Positions 8,199-16,312 of a DNA stretch of 40,778 nucleotides are shown piece after piece. Every line of letters begins with the position of its first letter. Within the stretch, counting starts at the first letter, position 1. Source of the DNA: a virus (lineage: Duplodnaviria > Caudoviricetes). The notes below the pieces were generated by a model. That model ran no database searches and was not told where the DNA came from. It saw only the letters and a list, made by a program, of their open reading frames with translations. The DNA lies in IMG/VR virus record IMGVR_UViG_3300033145_002495, positions 1 through 40,778 of that record. One strand, given 5' to 3'. The position numbers were made by a program, and so were the translations under genes.

Positions 8199-8468
8199 TT
8201 ATTTTATTACTAAAATTATTTTATTGTCTTTGCCGACCTTTAAGAGATATTTATTACAATCTCTTTTGTAGATATTGATAAAATTGCGTTTATCTTTTTT
8301 ACCAAACGCTTTAGTAATTTGATAGAAAGTCATTCCAGCTTTAACACCCAGAACCACCAACATATTGCGATAGATATTTTGAGGATAAGCCATCTTATAC
8401 TTATCATACCCAATACCAATACCCCTTGTCAAGAGCAATACGGGTAAAGTGATTTGCCTTCTTGCCAC
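8199..8468 (-). CDS. Possible helix-turn-helix DNA-binding protein
   Basis: RN..V.L...GMTFYQITKAFG resembles an HTH. Confidence 0.45.
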   Translation of the reverse strand: MARRQITLPVLLLTRGIGIGYDKYKMAYPQNIYRNMLVVLGVKAGMTFYQITKAFGKKDKRNFINIYKRDCNKYLLKVGKDNKIILVIK

Positions 8469-8623
8469 CTTTCTATCATTAAATCAATATCATCTTCCGA
8501 GAAACCTAAATCGCCTAAAAATCTTCTGGTTTTATCCCAACTATTAGTTTCTTCCGCAAAAGCCCAACAGCTTTCTTCAATTTCTTTGGTCATTTGAGGT
8601 TCTTTAATCTTTTCTATTTTCAT
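8429..8623 (-). CDS. Hypothetical protein
   Basis: Operon packing. Confidence 0.55.
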   Translation of the reverse strand: MKIEKIKEPQMTKEIEESCWAFAEETNSWDKTRRFLGDLGFSEDDIDLMIERWQEGKSLYPYCS

Positions 8624-8635
8624 ATTGGCATAATT

Positions 8636-8890
8636 TTAAATTAACGCAGGTTGCTTAACTTTTTTCCAAAGTTCTTTAGCTTTTTTCTCTCCCTGAATAC
8701 TTCCTTCCCCTTCTGCCCACGCTATTTCAGTTAAGATTTTCTTTTCTTTATCAGCCATAGAACAAGACGGGTGATGTTTTACTGCTTCTTTTGGTAAAAA
8801 TGATACGCAAATAGGATAAGAGCAAGAACACTTAGGATACTTCTCCCACTCAACTTCCGGAAATTCTTTTTTAAGTTCTTGGAGTGTCAT
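8636..8890 (-). CDS. Hypothetical protein, possibly metal-binding
   Basis: CSC...HHPSC; ATGA overlap with the ATPase. Confidence 0.55.
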   Translation of the reverse strand: MTLQELKKEFPEVEWEKYPKCSCSYPICVSFLPKEAVKHHPSCSMADKEKKILTEIAWAEGEGSIQGEKKAKELWKKVKQPALI

Positions 8891-9564
8891 TTTTTATTTA
8901 ATGTTTCTAAAATTAACTCTTGCCAATGATTAGGCGATAAAATCATCAAATTAAGTGCGTGAGGAAAAGCTCTTAGAGACATCTCCGGGTTATTCTGTTG
9001 AGTTAAAAAGGTAGCAACTTTTACCCGTTGTTCGTAAGAAGTATTGTGATAAGGTTCTTTTGCTCTTTCCATAATTAAAGTTTTTATATCTGCGGGTGAT
9101 AAATCTATTTCAAAATATAAAGACCTGTCTTTAAGAGCATTTAATAAAGAGTTCTTTTTGTTGAAGCGGTTGAGCAAAAAGATAATTTTACCGGTAAAAT
9201 TAAACTCTTTTTTCTCTCTTGCTGTAATCCAACTAACTTTTCTTTGGTTGCCAGCAACCCACATTGCTCCCTTAAGAACTCCTATGCTTTGGACATTTCT
9301 TAAAGTGTCTTCTCCGTCATCAATTACAAGAAGTTTAGGGGGTTGAAGTTCATTAACTTCCTCCAATTTTTCCACAAGAGCTTTTGGAGTAATATAATTT
9401 GGGAGATAAAGATAGTGTTGCCCTTCAATTAGATTTAACTCTTGTAGTGTTTTAAGAGTAAGTTCGGTTTTTCCTATTCCGGCTCTCCCTACTACCAGCA
9501 AATTGTTAGATAATCCTTTTGTCAATCCTAAAAGATATTTTTTTAGAATTTCGTGTTGTTTCAT
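8887..9564 (-). CDS. AAA+ ATPase
   Basis: Walker A GRAGIGKT, Walker B LLVIDD, sensor-1 IFLLN, arginine finger ALKDR. Confidence 0.85.
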   Translation of the reverse strand: MKQHEILKKYLLGLTKGLSNNLLVVGRAGIGKTELTLKTLQELNLIEGQHYLYLPNYITPKALVEKLEEVNELQPPKLLVIDDGEDTLRNVQSIGVLKGAMWVAGNQRKVSWITAREKKEFNFTGKIIFLLNRFNKKNSLLNALKDRSLYFEIDLSPADIKTLIMERAKEPYHNTSYEQRVKVATFLTQQNNPEMSLRAFPHALNLMILSPNHWQELILETLNKK

Positions 9565-9566
9565 TT

Positions 9567-9824
9567 TTATAGTTCAACACCAAATTGTTCCTCTAAATCA
9601 CTTAATCCATTGGCTAAAAGATAATTACAATTAGGACAACGATATTCTATATCATCTGTTCCTATTTCCTTTTTTCTTTCCCAGACTTTTTTAATTTTTC
9701 CAGTTTGAGTTAATTCAACTATATTTTTGATATAACCGCCAATTAAAATTTCTTCTATTCCTTCTTTCCTAAAATCGGCTTGACATTTAGGACAATAAGG
9801 TAAAAAAGCAATTTTTTGTTTCAT
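9567..9824 (-). CDS. Zinc-ribbon hypothetical protein
   Basis: CPKC...YRCPNC; ATG at 9824. Confidence 0.65.
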   Translation of the reverse strand: MKQKIAFLPYCPKCQADFRKEGIEEILIGGYIKNIVELTQTGKIKKVWERKKEIGTDDIEYRCPNCNYLLANGLSDLEEQFGVEL

Positions 9825-9897
9825 AAGTTTAGAGAATAGCCAAAATAAGACGAAAACTACCAAAAGTTCTTATTTTATCGGCTATTCTATTGTGAAA

Positions 9898-9915
9898 CTC
9901 CGATTTCAATTCTCG
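9898..9915 (-). repeat. 18-bp element CGAGAATTGAAATCGGAG, copy 1
   Basis: Exact reverse complement of 14115-14132. Confidence 0.85.
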
Positions 9916-10142
9916 GTTGAATACCGGCTACCTGCCGGCAAGGTTTTTTGTCTTTCCAAAATGTCATTAAAAACTTTTTTTTGGCAACGATATTGAAACT
10001 AAAAAAAGAAATCAGTGAACTTATTCTTAACGAGAAATAACAGCTTTGAAGGGTAGTTTTAACTAAATACCTCGCCACCATTACCATAATCGTCAAGAAA
10101 GCAAGCTCCCAGCATCTTTTTTTTCGTCTCAAAAGCTCCAAA

Positions 10143-10209
10143 AATCAGTTTTTAATAGCCGATTTGATAGGTAGTTTTGAAATATCAAACCGGCTACCAA
10201 AAACCGATT
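10143..10209 (-). terminator. Long hairpin (about 27 bp) after the clamp-like gene; terminator or processing site
   Basis: AATCGGTTTTTGGTAGCCGGTTTGATA pairs with TATCAAATCGGCTATTAAAAACTGATT; deviations are G-U pairs on the minus strand; followed by a T run. Confidence 0.65.
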
Positions 10210-10218
10210 TATTCGCTT

Positions 10219-10830
10219 TTAACCTTTAATCGGCATTAAAAGGGCTTCCGCTGTCTGTCCATCACTTCTTTTGCCAAAAAACCTAATTGGACTTTCTCCA
10301 TTTACCGGAATTCTCATAACAATTCCTTTTTTATCGCTAAAACTACTATAAAAACTGGCTATTTTTTTCAAAAAATCAGGGTTCAAACTTACCTCAATAT
10401 ATTTACCTCTTTCAACAAAAATATCATTATATCTGGGATATTCTCCTTCTATAATCCGGCTTTGAATTGAATTAACACTTTCTAAATCGGTTGCTCCTAA
10501 CTCAACATCATTTTTGCTCCTTCTCATTACTACGATGTTATTTAATATCGGTAAAGAGTAATTTTTGGATTTACTTACTATTTTAACTAAATCTTGGGCT
10601 TTCTCGCTTGGTAGAATAAAAGGATTAAAATTGGTTGGTATTTTTGGTCTATGAGGTAAAACTGGGTAATCTTTAACATCAAATCCTTTTACACTACTAA
10701 CTTTTATCATAGTAAAGCTATCAGTAGCACAAGTTTCATTTGGCTTTACAAAAATCCCAGCAATTTCCGGTCTAACATTTGCTTTATCAGTAAAATCTTT
10801 AATCAAAAAGTTATATTTATTAAAAAACAT
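10219..10830 (-). CDS. Short DNA polymerase III beta sliding clamp-like protein
   Basis: RPEIAGI, ATDS, IEGEYPRY, LNPDFL, SPIRF and ALLMPIK match the central and C-terminal DnaN domains; only 203 aa. Confidence 0.75.
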   Translation of the reverse strand: MFFNKYNFLIKDFTDKANVRPEIAGIFVKPNETCATDSFTMIKVSSVKGFDVKDYPVLPHRPKIPTNFNPFILPSEKAQDLVKIVSKSKNYSLPILNNIVVMRRSKNDVELGATDLESVNSIQSRIIEGEYPRYNDIFVERGKYIEVSLNPDFLKKIASFYSSFSDKKGIVMRIPVNGESPIRFFGKRSDGQTAEALLMPIKG

Positions 10831-10843
10831 ATTATTAAAATTG

Positions 10844-11074
10844 TTAGTTATCTATAATCTCTTGTTTTTTTGCTTCAACCTCAATTTTAGCCATATCCGA
10901 AATAGCTTCTATTTTAATATCCGGCTCAAACATATTCCTAAACTGGTCTATTTTTTGCTCCGGACTTAATTTATCTAAAACCGGCTTGGATAAATAGTTA
11001 GTCAAAAACCTTTCAATAAAACTATAATACTTTGTTTCTTGGGTCATAATTTTATTTTTTATCACAATTTTCAC
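10844..11074 (-). CDS. Hypothetical protein
   Basis: ORF in the operon; likely start MTQETK. Confidence 0.55.
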   Translation of the reverse strand: MKIVIKNKIMTQETKYYSFIERFLTNYLSKPVLDKLSPEQKIDQFRNMFEPDIKIEAISDMAKIEVEAKKQEIIDN

Positions 11075-11145
11075 AAATAACTACTAACTTTCCTTCTCTT
11101 GCTTCTTTGAAGGTTTTACTATCGGCTTTACCGCATAAACTACAC

Positions 11146-11346
11146 TCATACATTTTGGGGGTTTTGTTTTTCTTCATTTTTTTTAGTAATAATAATTTTC
11201 TCTTTTAGGTATTCAACCTTAATTTTATCACCATAATTAAAACCGGCATTTTTTAGATAGTTATTAGCTATTTTTATCATCGGATACTGAGAGGGGTTGA
11301 TAGCTTTTGCTCCGGCTTGATATAAAACTTGATTTACTTTTATCAT
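11146..11346 (-). CDS. SymE-like (AbrB-fold) protein
   Basis: YPMIKIANNYLKNAGFNYGDKIKVEY...KIIIT resembles SymE P.I.L.G.WL..AGF..G..V.V....LII. Confidence 0.65.
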   Translation of the reverse strand: MIKVNQVLYQAGAKAINPSQYPMIKIANNYLKNAGFNYGDKIKVEYLKEKIIITKKNEEKQNPQNV

Positions 11347-11347
11347 T

Positions 11348-11560
11348 TTATTTTTGTCCTAATGCTTCTTTTTTACATTTAATTGAGCAGTATTGAGCAA
11401 AAGGTTTTTCTTTTGATATTTCACCACCGCACCAGATACAAGCAAGGTAGTGTTTACTAATCTTTTTGTTTCTTAAAATATCTTTTGGACTTAAGCTAAA
11501 ATGAGGATTTTTCTTTTTGTCAGTAATATCTTTTGAATTGACAATAAATGCTTTTACCAT
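11348..11560 (-). CDS. Zinc-finger hypothetical protein
   Basis: CIWCG...YCSIKC. Confidence 0.65.
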   Translation of the reverse strand: MVKAFIVNSKDITDKKKNPHFSLSPKDILRNKKISKHYLACIWCGGEISKEKPFAQYCSIKCKKEALGQK

Positions 11561-11856
11561 ATAGTAAATTATTATTTAATAATTATATTTTAGCCGGTTT
11601 GCTATTTACTTCCGAAACCGGCAAGAGGAAGGGATTAACTCCAAATAAAAATCCCTAACCTACTATTGCCTTCATTTCACTCGTCAAAACGCAACATTAG
11701 GAAAGGGATTTTAACAAAAGAGTTGTCCGGCTCGCCGGTTTTCTCTTTGGCTTCCTTTTTTATGTTTATTGCCTTTTGAAAGTTGAAACTATTTTGGCAA
11801 TAGTAGGACAAAAAGGATTTATTTTTGAAAGAGCTTACTATACTCTTCCTATCTTT

Positions 11857-11884
11857 ATTATAGCAAGCCATACCCCCCTGTCAA
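11857..11884 (-). promoter_or_regulatory. Consensus sigma70 early promoter
   Basis: TTGACA-N16-TATAAT with an extended TG. Confidence 0.85.
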
Positions 11885-11893
11885 GAGTAAAGC

Positions 11894-11902
11894 TGTGGAT
11901 AA
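11894..11902 (-). promoter_or_regulatory. Perfect DnaA box
   Basis: TGTGGATAA, the reverse complement of TTATCCACA, 9 nt upstream of the -35. Confidence 0.55.
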
Positions 11903-12049
11903 CTTTTGATAACTAACACCTATCTTCGTATAAAAAAAGAAGTGTTAGATATCAAACTTGGCTTTGAAACACGCTCTAAAGAGTAATTAGAAGTGGCTTT
12001 GGTCTGCGATTTTCTTTTTCTTTTTCTCTATTTTTGGGATTTTCTAAAC

Positions 12050-12088
12050 AAAAAACCCGTTAAGCAAGCTATAAAATAACGGGTTTTT
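12050..12088. terminator. Intrinsic terminator
   Basis: AAAAACCCGTTA / TAACGGGTTTTT stem downstream of the 12123 stop. Confidence 0.75.
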
Positions 12089-12122
12089 ATGTGTTGGTTT
12101 TATACCAAGAGATAAAAAGCGG

Positions 12123-12569
12123 TTAAATGTTGCGGTATAGTCCGATTAAATGCCTTTTGAAAATAGCATCATTAGGTTTGTCGTCTTTATCAATAAAATC
12201 AATCAATCTGCGGTTAAAATCAAAAAGTTTAATCAAGCGATGCTTTAATACTGCGTCAATCATTTCTCTGTCTCCAAATCCTGCCGTTCCTATATTCCAA
12301 ATTTGGTTAATTTCATACCAATCAACCGGCATTTTCTCCGCTTCCAACCTTTGACCCCAGCCATACGAACAATAAATCTCATTTTCACTTGTCCTAATCT
12401 GTGGCTCGTAAATATCCGCCCAAGTCAAACCGGCTAATTGGTGAAGACGCTTTAATGCTTTTTTTATTTCTTCTCTTCCTTTTTTGTTTCTGTCTTTGTA
12501 TTGCTCCGCCCAATCTCCCACATACCCAAAAGGCATTTTACCATATTGTGTAGAAAATAATTTAATCAT
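12123..12569 (-). CDS. Hypothetical protein
   Basis: 148-aa ORF with ATGA overlap. Confidence 0.7.
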   Translation of the reverse strand: MIKLFSTQYGKMPFGYVGDWAEQYKDRNKKGREEIKKALKRLHQLAGLTWADIYEPQIRTSENEIYCSYGWGQRLEAEKMPVDWYEINQIWNIGTAGFGDREMIDAVLKHRLIKLFDFNRRLIDFIDKDDKPNDAIFKRHLIGLYRNI

Positions 12570-13057
12570 TTTTTTGAAGTTAGCATTATGCTTTTTTCTG
12601 CTAACTCCGACAATTTACAAAAATTGTTAGAACCACCAGTAAAATCTTTCTCATTTTCAGCAGTCCGAACTAATAAATCCTCATACCAAGCATTTTTGAA
12701 ATACCGAACATCAGAACAAGAAAAATAAACAAACTTGCCAGTGTTTTTATTCCGAAGAAAACCGCTAAACTCAAAATGTCCTTTATTCCAACTCACCAAT
12801 TCCAAGCAGTCTGGAAGCGACTTTTTAATTAAATCTTTAATCTCTTTGTTAAACTGGGCGAACTCCGGCGTCAGTCCGGCGGAACTTTCAAAAGTATAAT
12901 CAAGCCACTTTTCAATTCCTTTTTGGGACAAATACGCTTTTTTTCCGCACTCAAAACATAATCTTTGACCTGTTTTAATGTCCTCATAATACTCCTTATC
13001 AGTAGAGAGATGACCGCAGTCATACCTGACCGGTGAAACAAATGCTTTTTTCAACAT
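12566..13057 (-). CDS. Hypothetical protein with N-terminal zinc finger
   Basis: CGH...CFECG followed by a GHF.FSGF...VYFS.SDVR...RTA....DFTGG.N domain of unknown function. Confidence 0.7.
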   Translation of the reverse strand: MLKKAFVSPVRYDCGHLSTDKEYYEDIKTGQRLCFECGKKAYLSQKGIEKWLDYTFESSAGLTPEFAQFNKEIKDLIKKSLPDCLELVSWNKGHFEFSGFLRNKNTGKFVYFSCSDVRYFKNAWYEDLLVRTAENEKDFTGGSNNFCKLSELAEKSIMLTSKK

Positions 13058-13309
13058 AGTTTTTTAAGGAACATCACCGCTTGCCAAAATGAAGTCCTGC
13101 TATTCTTTGGGATGTCCGACTTTTCCACACCCCTTTTAATTATCTCATACCCAAAAATGGTTGTCAAGTCATACTTATCCATAGGAGGATAAAAAAAATA
13201 AAAGGACCAATAAAAACAATAAAAAGAACGCACCAACCCCCTTTTTCTCTCTCAAACTTTTTTTTGGCTTTTTTTTATTTTCTCTCTTTGGTTTATAGTG
13301 GGACATTAT

Positions 13310-13830
13310 AGCTCTTTATCACTCCGTACCGCACCGCTACGCAGGAAAGATAGCTTTCAGTTTCTCTTAGGGGTAGTTTATTTTTGGGAGATGAGATTTA
13401 ATTACGCATTACCTTACAATTTAGACCCAATTTCTATTCTCCGTAATACTCCACATTATTAAAACCCCACTTTAACACTACACAGACATACCGTTATGCT
13501 TAGTAAGATAAATTAGGGTTTTAATCGGGAGGAGAAATAGGAAATTCCCAAAGCCGTTTAGGGTTTGGTTTGAACACAGATTAGATTCCGCTGTCTCTCA
13601 AAAAATGAGGGTCGGTAATCTGCTGGCTTAACTCTCCGCTTCTCTCCGGTAGGCAAGAAGGGGTAATCCTTAATTCGCAAAAGCCAATTTGTTCTTAACG
13701 AATTAAGCGATGACGGTTTAATCGGTATGGAGTTAATGAGGTTTCTTCCCGTCTATCCGCATATTTAAGTGGCTTCCAGGGGTGGCTATGCGGTTCGCCC
13801 ACCATATCCCCCAGTATTGGTTGATTTCTA
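13310..13830 (+). ncRNA. Candidate large structured non-coding element
   Basis: About 500 nt with no ORF and many nested stems (see findings). Confidence 0.4.
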
Positions 13831-13869
13831 TTTTTTATTTTAAAAGTTTTTTTAATTTTCGGAAAGGAC

Positions 13870-13898
13870 TTGACAACATTGCTTGATTGTGGTATATT
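13870..13898 (+). promoter_or_regulatory. sigma70 promoter (rightward)
   Basis: TTGACA-N17-TATATT. Confidence 0.75.
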
Positions 13899-13987
13899 TC
13901 GTTAAAGTATCAGCGGTATGGAGTTTTACTGATACTTCTATTCCGTGTCAATGGAGCGTATTCACTTACCCAAAGAACGGAATAGCA

Positions 13988-14024
13988 ACCAAAAGCCGGC
14001 AATTAAAAGCCGGTTTTTGGGTTT
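13988..14024 (+). terminator. Intrinsic terminator closing a roughly 115-nt transcript
   Basis: AAAAGCCGGC / GCCGGTTTTT followed by a T-rich tract. Confidence 0.65.
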
Positions 14025-14114
14025 TGACAACTCTCAATTCTAAAAACTATTTGGTATTTCAGATTCTCAATCCAGTAATAATTTTCAAAATTGAGAGTTG
14101 TCATAGTTTTGAAG

Positions 14115-14132
14115 CGAGAATTGAAATCGGAG
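14115..14132 (+). repeat. 18-bp element CGAGAATTGAAATCGGAG, copy 2
   Basis: Exact inverted copy at 9898-9915. Confidence 0.85.
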
Positions 14133-14202
14133 GGGGATAGATATATCCTACTTGGAAACTAAGCTAAGGTTTCCAAAACATTTCGTCTATCCCCACTTGC
14201 CT

Positions 14203-14230
14203 ATCTTAACAAATCCAAAAATGTTGTCAA
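14203..14230 (-). promoter_or_regulatory. sigma70 promoter (leftward) with an adjacent DnaA-box-like site
   Basis: TTGACA-N16-TAAGAT with an extended TG; TGTGGAAAA at 14241-14249. Confidence 0.65.
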
Positions 14231-14260
14231 GTCCGGGAGCTGTGGAAAACATCCGGCAAT

Positions 14261-14289
14261 TTGACAAATCTTTTAAGATTTGGTATAAG
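14261..14289 (+). promoter_or_regulatory. Promoter for the packaging and structural operon, probably leaderless
   Basis: TTGACA-N17-TATAAG with ATG 7 nt downstream. Confidence 0.55.
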
Positions 14290-14296
14290 AAGGATA

Positions 14297-14899
14297 ATGA
14301 TTCCCGATATTAAAAATAAAAAAGCGGAGATTAAGAAAATCTGGTTGGAGCACCGGGACAAGATGTCTAATATAGAGATTTTTAAGAATTACTTGGGGGA
14401 GTATTTTGATGTGTCTGCTAAAGCTCCGAATGGTAAAACTCCCAAAGAGTTTATTTTTTTTGTTACTATGGTGCGGGAGTGGAAGAAAGAGGAAAGCATA
14501 GAAAGAGTTAATCGGGAATCGGAAAGTTTGACGGATGAAGAAATTTTGGAAATTCAAAATCAGAATAGAAAAAGGACTATTTTAATGCTTCGGGAAACTT
14601 TGAATAAATACGAGAGCAATCCTAACTTTTTATCAAAATTAACGGTCAGGGAGATTTCAATGCTTTACAGAATCGTTCAGAGTGCGGAAGAGGCGATGAA
14701 AAGAACGGAGATTGCCAAAGGAAAATTAAAATTAGATGCTGCCAGAACTTTTCTTCTTCCTTACCAGCGAATGTCGGTGGAAGAATTATTAAAGTTAAAA
14801 GAAGTTTTAAATGCCAGCATTGAACAAATCGTTAAACTTAAATCCGGCAGACCTGATGACGGGATTGGACAGGGTGATGCTGTCGGTGGGGGAGCATAA
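14297..14899 (+). CDS. Putative terminase small subunit
   Basis: Helical protein immediately upstream of and overlapping terL; ATG at 14297 preferred because TTG 14261 is the -35 box. Confidence 0.55.
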   Translation: MIPDIKNKKAEIKKIWLEHRDKMSNIEIFKNYLGEYFDVSAKAPNGKTPKEFIFFVTMVREWKKEESIERVNRESESLTDEEILEIQNQNRKRTILMLRETLNKYESNPNFLSKLTVREISMLYRIVQSAEEAMKRTEIAKGKLKLDAARTFLLPYQRMSVEELLKLKEVLNASIEQIVKLKSGRPDDGIGQGDAVGGGA

Positions 14900-16295
14900 T
14901 CCCATTTTTTTTGCTGAATATTTTTTAGGTCTTCATCTTAATCCCTTTCAAAAAAGAGCTTTATTGGCTTTATGTTTGTATAATCAGATTATTGAGATTA
15001 CTTCCAACCAAACTGGCAAAACCGTAGAGTTGGCGATTGACCATATTTGGTTTAATTTTTATAAAAAAGGGTTTTCTGGTAATCCAGATTTAATAGAGAA
15101 ATCTCGTTACGAAACTTTAAATATTTCGCCAGTTAGCCGGCAGGCTAAAGAGTGTTTTCGCTATATTGAGGAAATTTTACATTCTAATTTTGCGTGGGAG
15201 GAAGATGGGGAAAGATTTATTAACGATTGCCGGATTGGTTGGTTTTGGGAGGGGAAGAATGATAATTTGGGCAGAATAGATTTTGCTAATAATTCTTCTT
15301 TCTTTTGTCTCTCTACTTCTGAGGATAAGGGTTCGGGATTGGCAGGAAAACAATTTGCTTTAATAACTTATGATGAATGTGTTCAATCTCTCCATCTGCG
15401 AGAGGAGTTGCCAGCCAGAATTTTTTCCCGAACTGCCAAATATTCAGGCACTATAAAATTGTCTTCTACGCCGGATGAGTTAGCTAAATCTCAGCAATAT
15501 TGGTATCATCTTTATACTTCTGCCAAGAAAAAAGAAGGAGAGTGGCATTTGGTGGAAGGGTTGTATGACGAAAATATTTTTATTCCTAAATCTAAGAGAG
15601 AAGAATTTAAGACCAGGTTAAGAAGAATAGACGAGTTAAAATATAAGCAGGTGGTTCTTGGTCAGTTTGTTGCTTCGGCCGAAAGAATGTTTTCACCGGA
15701 AGTTATAGAGGCAATGTGGAATGGTAAAACTGAACTAACTCCAGCTCAACCAGATAGAGATTATGTTTTGATTATTGATTGGGGAGTAGCTGACCAGGGA
15801 GATGAAACAGTTATGATAGTTGCCGATGTTACTGATTTGTTAAATGCTGAAGTGGTTAATGCTTATTCCAAACAAGGTGGCGACCCGATTGAATTGATGG
15901 CAATGGCTTCTTATTTGAAATTGGAGTATAATGATTGTGATTTAATGATGGATGTTACAGAAATGGGCGGAACGATTTTCAAAAAGATGATGACTAAATT
16001 AAAACCGATTGCTTTCGGGCAGGGAAACAAACCAGATGCTTTATTCTATCTTCAAATGCGGTTGAGAAATAATCTTAGGAAGAAAAATTTGACAGATTTG
16101 GAAAAAAATGCTATGGCTACTTTAAAGAGTTATTATTTGTCAAAGTTGGAAGAGCAGCTATCGTCTTATAAAATGGACGATAAAAAAATCAAGCAGGATT
16201 GGGTTATGGTTCTGGCAATGCTGGCTTGGTATCTTGATAAATATAAAAAGATTTCTCAGGTTAAAAGTTATCCTCTTAAAAATTTTTATAAGTAA
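14811..16295 (+). CDS. terL: Terminase large subunit
   Basis: Q motif LNPFQ, Walker A TSNQTGKT, Walker B ITYDEC, coupling motif SSTP, nuclease IIDWG...D and C-terminal QDWVMVLAM. Confidence 0.92.
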   Translation: MPALNKSLNLNPADLMTGLDRVMLSVGEHNPIFFAEYFLGLHLNPFQKRALLALCLYNQIIEITSNQTGKTVELAIDHIWFNFYKKGFSGNPDLIEKSRYETLNISPVSRQAKECFRYIEEILHSNFAWEEDGERFINDCRIGWFWEGKNDNLGRIDFANNSSFFCLSTSEDKGSGLAGKQFALITYDECVQSLHLREELPARIFSRTAKYSGTIKLSSTPDELAKSQQYWYHLYTSAKKKEGEWHLVEGLYDENIFIPKSKREEFKTRLRRIDELKYKQVVLGQFVASAERMFSPEVIEAMWNGKTELTPAQPDRDYVLIIDWGVADQGDETVMIVADVTDLLNAEVVNAYSKQGGDPIELMAMASYLKLEYNDCDLMMDVTEMGGTIFKKMMTKLKPIAFGQGNKPDALFYLQMRLRNNLRKKNLTDLEKNAMATLKSYYLSKLEEQLSSYKMDDKKIKQDWVMVLAMLAWYLDKYKKISQVKSYPLKNFYK

Positions 16296-16312
16296 AATTC
16301 CTCCAAAAATAA

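Noticed and set aside
9963-9999. CRISPR array
   Set aside because: Only isolated ATTGAAA-ending words; no regularly spaced direct repeats with spacers
9887-10141. 84-aa ORF (also 11677-11871 and 13883-14140)
   Set aside because: These overlap promoters and long hairpins, have atypical composition, and their shared RIEIG is just the 18-bp DNA repeat
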